Translations under genes and position numbers: made by a program
Shown here: positions 56,656 through 64,000 of the stretch, piece by piece
Numbering within the stretch: position 1 is the stretch's first letter
Layout: each line of letters starts with the position of its first letter
Assembly: GCA_033851265.1 (NCBI GenBank)
Contig: JAWWOW010000016.1
Location: forward strand, 21,438-85,437
Source of the DNA: Frankiales bacterium
GTDB taxonomy: Bacteria; Actinomycetota; Actinomycetes; JAWWOW01
Reading direction: 5' to 3'
DNA: 64,000 nucleotides
The notes under the pieces: generated by a model
Database searches by the model: none
The model's input: only the letters and a program-made list of their open reading frames with translations
What the model was told of the DNA's origin: nothing

Positions 56656-58089
56656 ATGGCAGGCTGCTCAACGATGTACCCCGACGACGGTGACGATCAT
56701 CACCTTGACCCGGTGTCCCGCACCGGCGTCCTGGTCGAGCGGTTGCGCACGGCCGAACCGCGGATGTTGCTCGCAGCGGCCCTCGCTTTGACCGGTATCT
56801 ACCTAACCGCCCGCGGTCTCCGCGAATCCACCCACGAGCTCGCGGCTGTCGGCGCGGCAGGACTGCTGGCCGCCCGCGGGATCGCGCGCGCCCGGCCGCT
56901 GAGCACGCGCCACATCGTCCTGGCCGCGCTGTGTGTCATCGCCGCAAGGTTCTTGTACCTCGACCATCACTTCACGCTTGCGATGGTGGCCACCGTGCTG
57001 GCAGGAGCCTCGCCGGTCCTCCCGCTCCCTCCCCCACCGCCGGGGACGCCGCTCGAACGCCGCCATGTGTGGGCGCTCGTCGACGGCACGTCACGTGACG
57101 CGCTCGCACCGTTCGCGCTGCGGTCGGACAAGGCGTACGTCTTCTCGCCGAACGGCCTTGCCGCTGTGGCCTACCGCGTGCGCTTCGGTACGGCGGTGGC
57201 GTCGGCGGATCCGATCGGTGACCCTGCTTCACGCGATGCCGCCATTGCCGAGTTCATCGCCGCCGCAGAGGCCAACGGTTGGCGTCCCGCCGTCCTTGGG
57301 AGTGCTGAGTCGCAGCTCCACCGGTGGCAGGCACATGGTTTGCGCGCGGTGCCAATCGGTCGCGAGGTCATCATCGACGTCGGCACGTTCGCACTGACTG
57401 GCCGCCGCTTCCGAAACCTCCGCCAGGCTGTGCAGCGCACGCACAACTTTGGCGTTACGACCGAGGTGCTCGTCGAAGCGTCGCTGTCGCCAACGCAACG
57501 CGCCGAGCTCGAGGACGTCGTACGCCGCTCTCGCGGGACAACGCAGCCGCGAGGCTTCGCGATGATCCTCGACCAGGTCCTGACGGGCATGCACCCGGGT
57601 GTCTTCATCAATGTCGCGCGGGACCGGGATGGCTGCGTGGTCGCTGTGCAGCGCGTCGCCAGTGCGGACGCGGGACGCGAGCTTTCCATGGACGTCACAT
57701 GGCGGCTTCCCGATGCGCCAAACGGCACCGAGGAACGGCTGACGACCGACGTCATCGCCTGGGCCCGCGAGCACGGCGCTGAGCGCGTCTCGCTGGCCTT
57801 CGCGGCGTTCCCGGAACTGTTCGCAATGACCCATCGCAACCCGCTTCAGCAGCTGACCTACTGGACGGTGCGACGACTCGACCGATTCGTGAAGCTGGAG
57901 TCGCTCTACCGCTACCTGCGCAAGTTCCATTCTTTCGGTGCGCGTCGGTACGTCGCGCTGCGACCTCTCGACGTTGTCATCGTCGCCGCGTCACTGCTGA
58001 CGCTCGAGTTCGGCCCCGTGCGGACATCCCGCCGTGGTTGGGACCGGCTACGCGGCAAGCGCTCCGTCCACACCGCCGTCGACGACTGA
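56656..58089 (+). CDS. membrane protein with DUF2156 (aminoacyl-phosphatidylglycerol synthase, MprF/LysX C-terminal-like) domain
   Basis: 477 aa with N-terminal TM helices, then FALRSDKAYVFSP...VAYRV...RFRNLRQAV, typical of the lysyl-PG synthase domain as I recall it. Confidence 0.65.
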   Translation: MAGCSTMYPDDGDDHHLDPVSRTGVLVERLRTAEPRMLLAAALALTGIYLTARGLRESTHELAAVGAAGLLAARGIARARPLSTRHIVLAALCVIAARFLYLDHHFTLAMVATVLAGASPVLPLPPPPPGTPLERRHVWALVDGTSRDALAPFALRSDKAYVFSPNGLAAVAYRVRFGTAVASADPIGDPASRDAAIAEFIAAAEANGWRPAVLGSAESQLHRWQAHGLRAVPIGREVIIDVGTFALTGRRFRNLRQAVQRTHNFGVTTEVLVEASLSPTQRAELEDVVRRSRGTTQPRGFAMILDQVLTGMHPGVFINVARDRDGCVVAVQRVASADAGRELSMDVTWRLPDAPNGTEERLTTDVIAWAREHGAERVSLAFAAFPELFAMTHRNPLQQLTYWTVRRLDRFVKLESLYRYLRKFHSFGARRYVALRPLDVVIVAASLLTLEFGPVRTSRRGWDRLRGKRSVHTAVDD

Positions 58090-58168
58090 CCGCGAGCGCG
58101 CTAGCAGGAAGTCGGGGGCAGGAGCCGAACTCTCCGGGGACAGCAGTTCATGTGTTCAAGGAGCTCCG

Positions 58169-59569
58169 GTGGCCGTACACGGGCGATCCAGGTCACGCCG
58201 ATCCCGATTCCGCCTCATCGCTGCCGGGGGTGTCGTCTGCGCCGCTGCCGTGACGGTGCCGGCGCTGGCCCAAACGAGTGGACCGGCGCTGCCGGCAACC
58301 TTCGAGGCGCAGCTGACCTTCAACAAGCACTATGCCGAGGGCGAGCCGAGCATCGCCGTCAACCCGAGGAACCCCAAGAACATCATCGTGACGTTCTTGG
58401 CCAACACCGGCCTCGGCACGTACGGGTTGCAGAACAACACCGCTCCCACACCCCGTGACTTCAAGCAGACCATCCAAGGGTGCGACTACCTCGTCACAAC
58501 TGACGGCGGCCGGACGTGGTCACGCGATCGACTGCCGATCGCCAACTTTGAGATCGACCCGACGCGTCCCAACTGCTCTGACACCTTGGTTCTGTTCGAC
58601 AAACGCGGCGTCGCCTACGTGATCGGCTCGAGTTTCCAGTTCCCGACGTTTGCTGTGGGGCACGGTGACTTCCGCGTCATCAGCTCACGCGATGGTGGCA
58701 AGACCTGGACGAAGCCGAGTGTGGTTTCGCCGACGATTCTCAGTCCTGGCCGGGACATCCGTAAGTGGCAGGGCGCGCGGTTCTACGACGACCGTGAGTT
58801 CATGGCGCTTGACGACTCGACCCACACGCTCTACGTGAGCGGGACGCAGGGACGCGTCGATGCACACGGGTCCGTCGGCGACATGGAATATCTGACCAGC
58901 TCCGATGACGGTGGCAAGACGTGGCGCGACGCGATCGCCGTCGGGGTCGCGGCACCATCACCATTGTCAGCAGCCTTCGGAATCGTCGGGTTCACGTCGC
59001 CACCGCACATCGGTGCGAAGCGCAGCTGCTCGTGCCTCGACTTCGTCGTGAGCACCGACCGCGCGCGATCGATTGTCCGCCGCCCAACGCCGATCCCCGG
59101 CAGCAGCACACCTGGTGGTCTGCTCAGTGGTGCGGCGACCGCTGCGGACCCGACACACGCCGGACACTTCGCCGTAGCGACAAGTGACTCGGCTGGGAAC
59201 CTGCTCGTCTACCGCACACCAGACGCTGGCCGCACATGGACCGGGCCCACGTCCATGACCGTGCCCGGTCGCGGCGTGAGCAAGATCTGGCCGGAGTTCT
59301 CCCGCGTCGGCGTCCTCGGCGTCGGGTGGCGCGCCACCAAGAGTGACGGCAGCTACGGGTTCTACGGCGCAGCGTCGTACAACGGTGGCAAGACCTTTGT
59401 CATCAAGCGGATCAGCCGCGCCGACTCACCGCCGACTGACCGTCTCTGGGTTGCGGGCGACGACACGTCGGCCATCGCCGTTGCTAACGGTCGCCTCTAC
59501 GCAACCTGGGGCGACTGGCGCGGCGGCGGCCTGCAGACGTGGTGGGGCGGTTTCCCACTCAGCCACTAA
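58169..59569 (+). CDS. secreted BNR/Asp-box repeat protein (sialidase-like beta-propeller)
   Basis: It carries repeated SxDxGxTW boxes (TTDGGRTWS, SRDGGKTWT, SDDGGKTWR, TPDAGRTWT) and a signal peptide. It starts at the GTG at 58169, with an AAGGAG RBS 5 nt upstream. Confidence 0.75.
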   Translation: MAVHGRSRSRRSRFRLIAAGGVVCAAAVTVPALAQTSGPALPATFEAQLTFNKHYAEGEPSIAVNPRNPKNIIVTFLANTGLGTYGLQNNTAPTPRDFKQTIQGCDYLVTTDGGRTWSRDRLPIANFEIDPTRPNCSDTLVLFDKRGVAYVIGSSFQFPTFAVGHGDFRVISSRDGGKTWTKPSVVSPTILSPGRDIRKWQGARFYDDREFMALDDSTHTLYVSGTQGRVDAHGSVGDMEYLTSSDDGGKTWRDAIAVGVAAPSPLSAAFGIVGFTSPPHIGAKRSCSCLDFVVSTDRARSIVRRPTPIPGSSTPGGLLSGAATAADPTHAGHFAVATSDSAGNLLVYRTPDAGRTWTGPTSMTVPGRGVSKIWPEFSRVGVLGVGWRATKSDGSYGFYGAASYNGGKTFVIKRISRADSPPTDRLWVAGDDTSAIAVANGRLYATWGDWRGGGLQTWWGGFPLSH

Positions 59570-59633
59570 CCGGCGTTCTGCGTCAGGTCAAGAAGAGCGC
59601 AGTTATTGGGGCAGACGCAGCACCTCACGTTGA

Positions 59634-59679
59634 TGGATGTGAATCTGTGTACGTCAGGACCTACACAGATTCACATCCA
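59634..59679. terminator. 18-bp perfect stem, 10-nt loop hairpin between convergent genes (candidate bidirectional terminator)
   Basis: TGGATGTGAATCTGTGTA-cgtcaggacc-TACACAGATTCACATCCA, read directly. It lies 65 nt after the BNR-gene stop and 54 nt after the M15-gene stop. Confidence 0.5.
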
Positions 59680-59732
59680 CGGCCCGGCGTTGCCCCGTAA
59701 GTGCGCCTTTTGAATTGCCAGCATGAACGGCG

Positions 59733-60914
59733 CTACTGGCCGCCGGCGTACTCCCAGTGCCACGGCTCGTAGGGACCGCTTCCGCCTGGGTCGCCCCACG
59801 ACGGATGGAACCAGCCGAAGCGTCCGGCGTTCTGCCGCAGCCAGGTATTGGTAGCGGTGCCGTCGGTCTGAATACCGCCACACAAGTCAGTCGCGAGACC
59901 CCATCCGTGGTTGCTGGTGCCCGGAGTCGCGGCGAGGTCGGGCTTCGCTTCCTTCAGCCGCACCTGCTCGGCGTAGCTGCGATAGGAATCGGTGACACAG
60001 ATCGGCGAACCGAAGTGCGCGGCGTAGGTGCGCGACATCTTGTTGAAGCCGTTTGCTGCATCCGCGCGGAGTCGATGTCCCGGCGCTCCCCATAAGGGGC
60101 AGAGTGCCGACTCGGGGATCCGCCCGTTCGGATATCCACTGACATCGCGGCCCTTGCACGACCCGACCGAGCCGAAGGCCCGCGCCCGTTGCCGGGCGAC
60201 CGCTTCAGCGTGTGCCAGGCGCCCAGCGCGCTGGGACCAAGCACGGGCAGCACCTTGAGTGCGATCGAGTCGGGTCTGCAGCGCGAGAACCATGGTTTGT
60301 TGCGCCGCCATCAACGCATCGGCCTGCTTCTTGGCTTTGCCTGCCTGCTGCTGACGATCGTGGGCGATGAACGCGGCCTGGTCAGCGATGGCACGCGCTT
60401 GTTGTTCCTGAAGGCGAACGACCGTCATCGCCGTGAGGGTGTCGGACTGACGTTGGCCGACGAGCTTCAAGGTGCCGGCGCTCTGCAGCACCTGCTGCGG
60501 CGCCTCTGCGCTGACCAGGTTGACCATCGCGTTGACCTTGTCGGCGCCACCGCGGCGGTAGAGGTTGGTGACATAAACCCCGACGCGACGGCGCTGATCA
60601 GCAGCGGCAGCGACGGCGGCAGCGAGTTCGCGCTCGGCAGCTTTCTCCGTCGCTAATGCGGCGCGCGCGGCTTCCGACGCACGTTGATACGTGTCGAGTG
60701 CGGCATTGGCGCGCGCGGCGAGGTCCGAGAGTTGCGCCTGTGCGGCGGCTAGTCCACCGGCCGTCGTCCGCGCTTGTTGGCGCAACCGTTCCGCTTGCTG
60801 TTCGGCCTGCCTGCTGGAGTCGGCGTACGCCGGTGTCTGAACCCAGGAAACGGCACCGAATGCGACAACCACCACCGCAACAACGGCAGCAGCGCGTACT
60901 CGTATCCGTCCCAT
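59733..60914 (-). CDS. secreted coiled-coil + M15B (VanY-like) D,D-peptidase
   Basis: Starts at the ATG at 60914 (MGRIRVRAAAVV...) with a signal peptide and a long Ala/Gln/Arg coiled-coil region. The C-terminal domain has the motifs DSYRSY, SNHGWGLATD and EPWHWEY. Confidence 0.8.
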   Translation of the reverse strand: MGRIRVRAAAVVAVVVVAFGAVSWVQTPAYADSSRQAEQQAERLRQQARTTAGGLAAAQAQLSDLAARANAALDTYQRASEAARAALATEKAAERELAAAVAAAADQRRRVGVYVTNLYRRGGADKVNAMVNLVSAEAPQQVLQSAGTLKLVGQRQSDTLTAMTVVRLQEQQARAIADQAAFIAHDRQQQAGKAKKQADALMAAQQTMVLALQTRLDRTQGAARAWSQRAGRLAHAEAVARQRARAFGSVGSCKGRDVSGYPNGRIPESALCPLWGAPGHRLRADAANGFNKMSRTYAAHFGSPICVTDSYRSYAEQVRLKEAKPDLAATPGTSNHGWGLATDLCGGIQTDGTATNTWLRQNAGRFGWFHPSWGDPGGSGPYEPWHWEYAGGQ

Positions 60915-61123
60915 GAATGACCCTCGACGCCGACCGCTCTGGGCGGCACCCGCCCACTGGCGCTTGGGGTCCCCAGTGGTGTGGCGGGTACGGCGTCCAC
61001 GGGGCATCTCGGACAATGCGTGCGATAGCCGCGATTCCGCGACCATCAGCGTTGTTCGTTCACGCCGTCCTCGACCGGAAGGCGTACGGGCTGTAGCCCA
61101 GCCAGCCCGGTGTATCGCGTGGG

Positions 61124-62293
61124 TTACTGCCCGCCGGCGTACTCCCAATGCCACGGCTCATAAGCCCCGCTTCCACCGGGCTCAGCCCACGATGGATGGA
61201 ACCAGCCGAAGCGCGCGCTGTTCTGCCTCAACCAGTTGTTAGCGCTAGTGCCGTCGTGCGAGATGTCACCGCACAGATCGACGGCGAGGCCCCAGCCATG
61301 GTTGCTCGTACCCGGCTTCGCGGCATAGCCCGGTTTCTCGGCATACAACTGCTGTTGTTGGGAGTAGGTGCGGTAGGAGTCGGTGACGCAGATCGGCGAG
61401 CCGAACTGCGCAGCGTAGGCCTTGGACATCTTGTTGAAGCCGTTTGCCGCATCCGCGCGCAGACGCTGGCCCGACGTTCCCCACAGCGGGCAGAGCGCGG
61501 ATTCGGGCAACCGGCCGTTGGGGTAACCGCTGACGTCGCCGCCCTTGCACGACCCGACGGGGCCATACGACTGGCGGGCCAACGCCTCAGCCTGAGCCAG
61601 TCGCTTTGCCCGCGCAGATTCCGCGTTGGCCGCGCCTTCGGTGCGATCGAGTCGACCTTGCAGGGCATCGACCAACTGCTGCTGTTCGGCCATCAATGCA
61701 TCCGCGCGCTTCTTGGCGTTAGCCGCTTGCGACAGGGTGGACGTCGCGATACCGGATGCTTGGTCGGCGACCGCCCGAGCCTGCTGCTCGTGAAGCCGGA
61801 CCACACGCATCGCCGTCAACGCGTCTGACTGGCGTTGTCCTACCAGCTTCAGATTGCCTGCTGTTTGCAGGAAGCGTTCAGGGGCGGCACTCGTCATGTC
61901 GACGAAGAGGGTGATCTGGTCGGACCCACCGCGGCGGTAGAGGTTCGTCGCGTACACACCGACCCGACGGCGCTGCTCTGCGGCGGCCGCCGATGCGGCG
62001 GCCAGTTCACGCGTGGCCACCCGCTGCCGCGTCTGGGCCGTCCGCGCGTTCTCGGAAGCGCGTTGATAGGTGTCCAATGCGGCGTTGGCGCGTGTCCCCA
62101 GGTTGGTGAGCTGAGCCTGAGCGACAGCAAGACCACCGGCGGTGGTGCGCGCCTGGTCTCGCAACTGCGCTGCGCGCCGTTCAGCCTCTCGGCTGCTGTC
62201 GGCGTACGCCGGGCTCTGCAGGTACGACACCGCCGAGAGCAACGCGCTCAGGACGACGGCAGCCGCGACACTCCGTCTGGGCATTCCGGGCAT
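61124..62293 (-). CDS. secreted coiled-coil + M15B (VanY-like) D,D-peptidase, tandem paralogue
   Basis: 389 aa with the same architecture and motifs (DSYRTY, SNHGWGLAVD, EPWHWEY). Confidence 0.8.
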   Translation of the reverse strand: MPGMPRRSVAAAVVLSALLSAVSYLQSPAYADSSREAERRAAQLRDQARTTAGGLAVAQAQLTNLGTRANAALDTYQRASENARTAQTRQRVATRELAAASAAAAEQRRRVGVYATNLYRRGGSDQITLFVDMTSAAPERFLQTAGNLKLVGQRQSDALTAMRVVRLHEQQARAVADQASGIATSTLSQAANAKKRADALMAEQQQLVDALQGRLDRTEGAANAESARAKRLAQAEALARQSYGPVGSCKGGDVSGYPNGRLPESALCPLWGTSGQRLRADAANGFNKMSKAYAAQFGSPICVTDSYRTYSQQQQLYAEKPGYAAKPGTSNHGWGLAVDLCGDISHDGTSANNWLRQNSARFGWFHPSWAEPGGSGAYEPWHWEYAGGQ

Positions 62294-62344
62294 TGCGACG
62301 CATCGTAGCCAGGCCCGGCCGAGGGCCTGCCGTTGACACCCGCA

Positions 62345-63574
62345 CTACTGGTCCGTGCGTAGGTCGGGCGCGATCAGGACAGCGCTCTCGTCAGGCTTAG
62401 CTGTGAGGACGGTTCGGAGATAGTCGTCTGCAGCGTCCTCGAGCCGCACCTCATGTCCGGCCTGCTCGGAGAGATACCACCGATGGTCGAGCATCTCGTG
62501 GAAGAGCTGCGCAGGCTCCAGCTTGCCGCGCAGTTCAGCCGGCACCGCGGACGTCAACGGGCCAAAGATCTCCGTCAGCCAGTGCCGCGCCGCGGTGGCC
62601 TCATCGACATCCGTTCCCGGCATCACCGCCGCCGCGCGGTAGGAGTCAAGGTCGCCGAGCAGCCGACGAGCCTGCCGCTCCTCGACGTCGAGCCCGGTCA
62701 GTTCGCGCAGCCGCCGACGGTGATGACCGGGTTCCACGACCTGCGTCCGGAAAGACAGGCGGGATCCGTCATCCTCCTCCGACAACTGCACCTCACCCAC
62801 GTCGTAGCCCAGGTCGTTCAGGCGACGGATGCGCGCTTCGATCCGCCCGTATTCGTTGGGGTCCACCACCTCAGTGCGGGTGAGCTCATCCCACAGCCCG
62901 GCGTAACGCGGCGCCAACTCCCGCGCGGTGGCGAATGGGTCGACGGACGGGTCGAGGAGATCTCCGGCGGCGAGGTCGAGCAGCTCGCCGGCGACATTCT
63001 CCGTCGCAACCTCCACGTCGTACTCCCGGCTTTGGTCCGACAGTGGGTCCCGGAAGTCCCCGGTCTCGGCATCGACGAGGTACGCCGCGAAAGTTTCAGC
63101 GTCGCGACGAAAGAGGGTGTTCGACAACGAGCAGTCGTTCCACACGAACCCCGCAAGATGCAGCCGCACGAGCAACTCAGCCATCGCGTCGAGTAACCGC
63201 CCAGAGGTACCTGGCGCGAGTCGACGAGAAAACACGGCGCGGTACGGCAACGAGAACTGCAGGTGCCGGGTCACGAGTGCGGCGTCGAGTGGCTCGCCGT
63301 CCGGAGTAACGCGGTCCGTGACGACTCCGATCGCGCGAACGACGGGAAGGCCACGGCGTTCGAGGTCGCGAAGCAGCCGATACTCCTTCTCGGCGACCGG
63401 CTGCCCGATCTCTTTCACCGCGTAGACCGTTCCGTCGATGCGGACGAACCGCACCACGTGCCGCGATACACCACGGGGGTACGACGCGAGCAGCTCCGCC
63501 GGCCACTTCTCCAACGGCACCGACCAGGGCAGCTCGAGCAGACCTCGATGCTCGGGGAACGCGGTGAAGCGCAC
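62345..63574 (-). CDS. DUF4032-like (kinase-fold) protein
   Basis: It has VYAVKEI...EYRLLRDL...LHLAGFVWNDCSLSNTLF...AYLVDAETG (a protein-kinase-like / LPS-kinase-like core). The start at the GTG at 63574 is tentative, chosen to avoid overlap with the upstream gene. Confidence 0.55.
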   Translation of the reverse strand: MRFTAFPEHRGLLELPWSVPLEKWPAELLASYPRGVSRHVVRFVRIDGTVYAVKEIGQPVAEKEYRLLRDLERRGLPVVRAIGVVTDRVTPDGEPLDAALVTRHLQFSLPYRAVFSRRLAPGTSGRLLDAMAELLVRLHLAGFVWNDCSLSNTLFRRDAETFAAYLVDAETGDFRDPLSDQSREYDVEVATENVAGELLDLAAGDLLDPSVDPFATARELAPRYAGLWDELTRTEVVDPNEYGRIEARIRRLNDLGYDVGEVQLSEEDDGSRLSFRTQVVEPGHHRRRLRELTGLDVEERQARRLLGDLDSYRAAAVMPGTDVDEATAARHWLTEIFGPLTSAVPAELRGKLEPAQLFHEMLDHRWYLSEQAGHEVRLEDAADDYLRTVLTAKPDESAVLIAPDLRTDQ

Positions 63575-63606
63575 TGTCGTCCAGTCGCCGGCGCAGGCCG
63601 GTGTCG

Positions 63607-64000
63607 TCAGCCGGTCGACGCTGCCGAGGTTGCGGCCGGAACGCCACTCCCCGCTGGCCCGCCCTCGCGGGTGAGGTTCTCCTGAGTGTGCGGGTCGAAG
63701 ACGTGCACCCTGCTGGTATCCAGCCACAGGTCGGCGTCCTCGCCGGCAGTGATCTTGCTCGAGGTGTGCAGCGAGATCACCAGCTGGGTCCGGATCTGCT
63801 CGCTGTCGAGTTCGCGCGAGAGATCAGCCAGCTGCTGAACGATGTCGGCCTGCGCCTCGAACGGCACATAGGCAAACAAGTCATGGCCCAGCCACTCGGT
63901 GACGTCGACCGCGCCGCTGAAGCTGAGACCGGAGGATCGCTTCCCCTCATCAACCATCGCGGCGTCCTCGAAATGGTCCGGTCGCGCGCCCACGATCACG
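63607..64000 (-). CDS. C-terminal (TOBE-like) part of a sugar-type ABC transporter ATPase; gene continues beyond window end
   Basis: VGARPDHFED...EWLGHDLFAYVPF...LWLDTSRVHVFDP resembles the regulatory domain of MalK/SugC/UgpC-type ATPases. The apparent Met is an edge artefact. Confidence 0.6.
   Translation of the reverse strand, partial: VIVGARPDHFEDAAMVDEGKRSSGLSFSGAVDVTEWLGHDLFAYVPFEAQADIVQQLADLSRELDSEQIRTQLVISLHTSSKITAGEDADLWLDTSRVHVFDPHTQENLTREGGPAGSGVPAATSAASTG

Larger units (their letters stand above)
59733..62293 (-). repeat. tandem gene duplication (two ~1.2-kb paralogous units)
   Basis: The two proteins align colinearly over their full length. Most C-terminal-domain residues are identical by eye, and the 3' ends are also clearly similar at DNA level. 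Confidence 0.85.

Noticed and set aside
60915-61123. A possible ydaO/c-di-AMP riboswitch upstream of the cell-wall peptidase gene (a GGGGACCC-like element is seen on the minus strand).
   Set aside because: The conserved ...CCCGA..AGCUAAC..CG core I remember for this class is absent, so the resemblance is superficial.
1-64000. CRISPR arrays, IS elements or transposases, integrases, prophage genes, toxin-antitoxin pairs or known anti-phage defence genes.
   Set aside because: None were recognised in any frame. The only repeats seen are the 27-bp in-frame tandem repeat and the tandem peptidase gene duplication.

Overview
This is a high-GC actinobacterial chromosomal segment that is densely coding: about 66 protein genes and one tRNA. 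I found no rRNA, CRISPR array, transposase, integrase, prophage gene or recognisable defence gene, so most of the window is ordinary core chromosome.

From memory, the gene order is collinear with the conserved actinobacterial backbone seen in Mycobacterium and Streptomyces:
- argS and tRNA-Arg
- kgd
- a polar amino-acid ABC transporter
- sodX/sodN (Ni-SOD)
- an anti-sigma plus SigF/SigB-type sigma pair
- whiB1 and pdtaS
- a TB7.3-like biotinyl protein
- rshA-sigH
- an SRAP peptidase, aroA, rsgA and hisN

I cannot name one clear-cut novel system. These are the parts the backbone does not explain, and the best candidates for a second look:
1. A biotin island (27.7-36.8 kb). The bioA-bioF / bioD-bioB genes are split by a divergent ArsR-SRPBCC regulator with an 18-bp palindrome.
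2. A GNAT fused in frame to a BsaP-like Cys/His mini-domain, directly after bioB.
3. A same-strand string of stand-alone biotin carboxylase, crotonase, 71-aa biotinyl carrier and an orphan PilT ATPase.
4. A DUF5317 gene with a degenerate-HD plus HD-GYP pair, next to a 633-bp lower-GC intergenic region. That region is followed by a translationally coupled pair of unknown genes and an unannotated 24-codon bL37 gene.
5. A two-P450 / FAD-oxidoreductase / acyl-CoA dehydrogenase cassette.
6. Three exported proteins with sortase-type C-termini but no sortase in the window.
7. A tandem duplication of coiled-coil + M15B (VanY-like) cell-wall peptidases.
8. An envelope cluster: an unknown 694-aa secreted protein, a DUF2156 aminoacyl-PG-synthase-like protein and a BNR protein.

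All functional calls rest on motif recognition by eye and recalled family knowledge. No database search was run. Start codons were refined by hand, and several remain uncertain.
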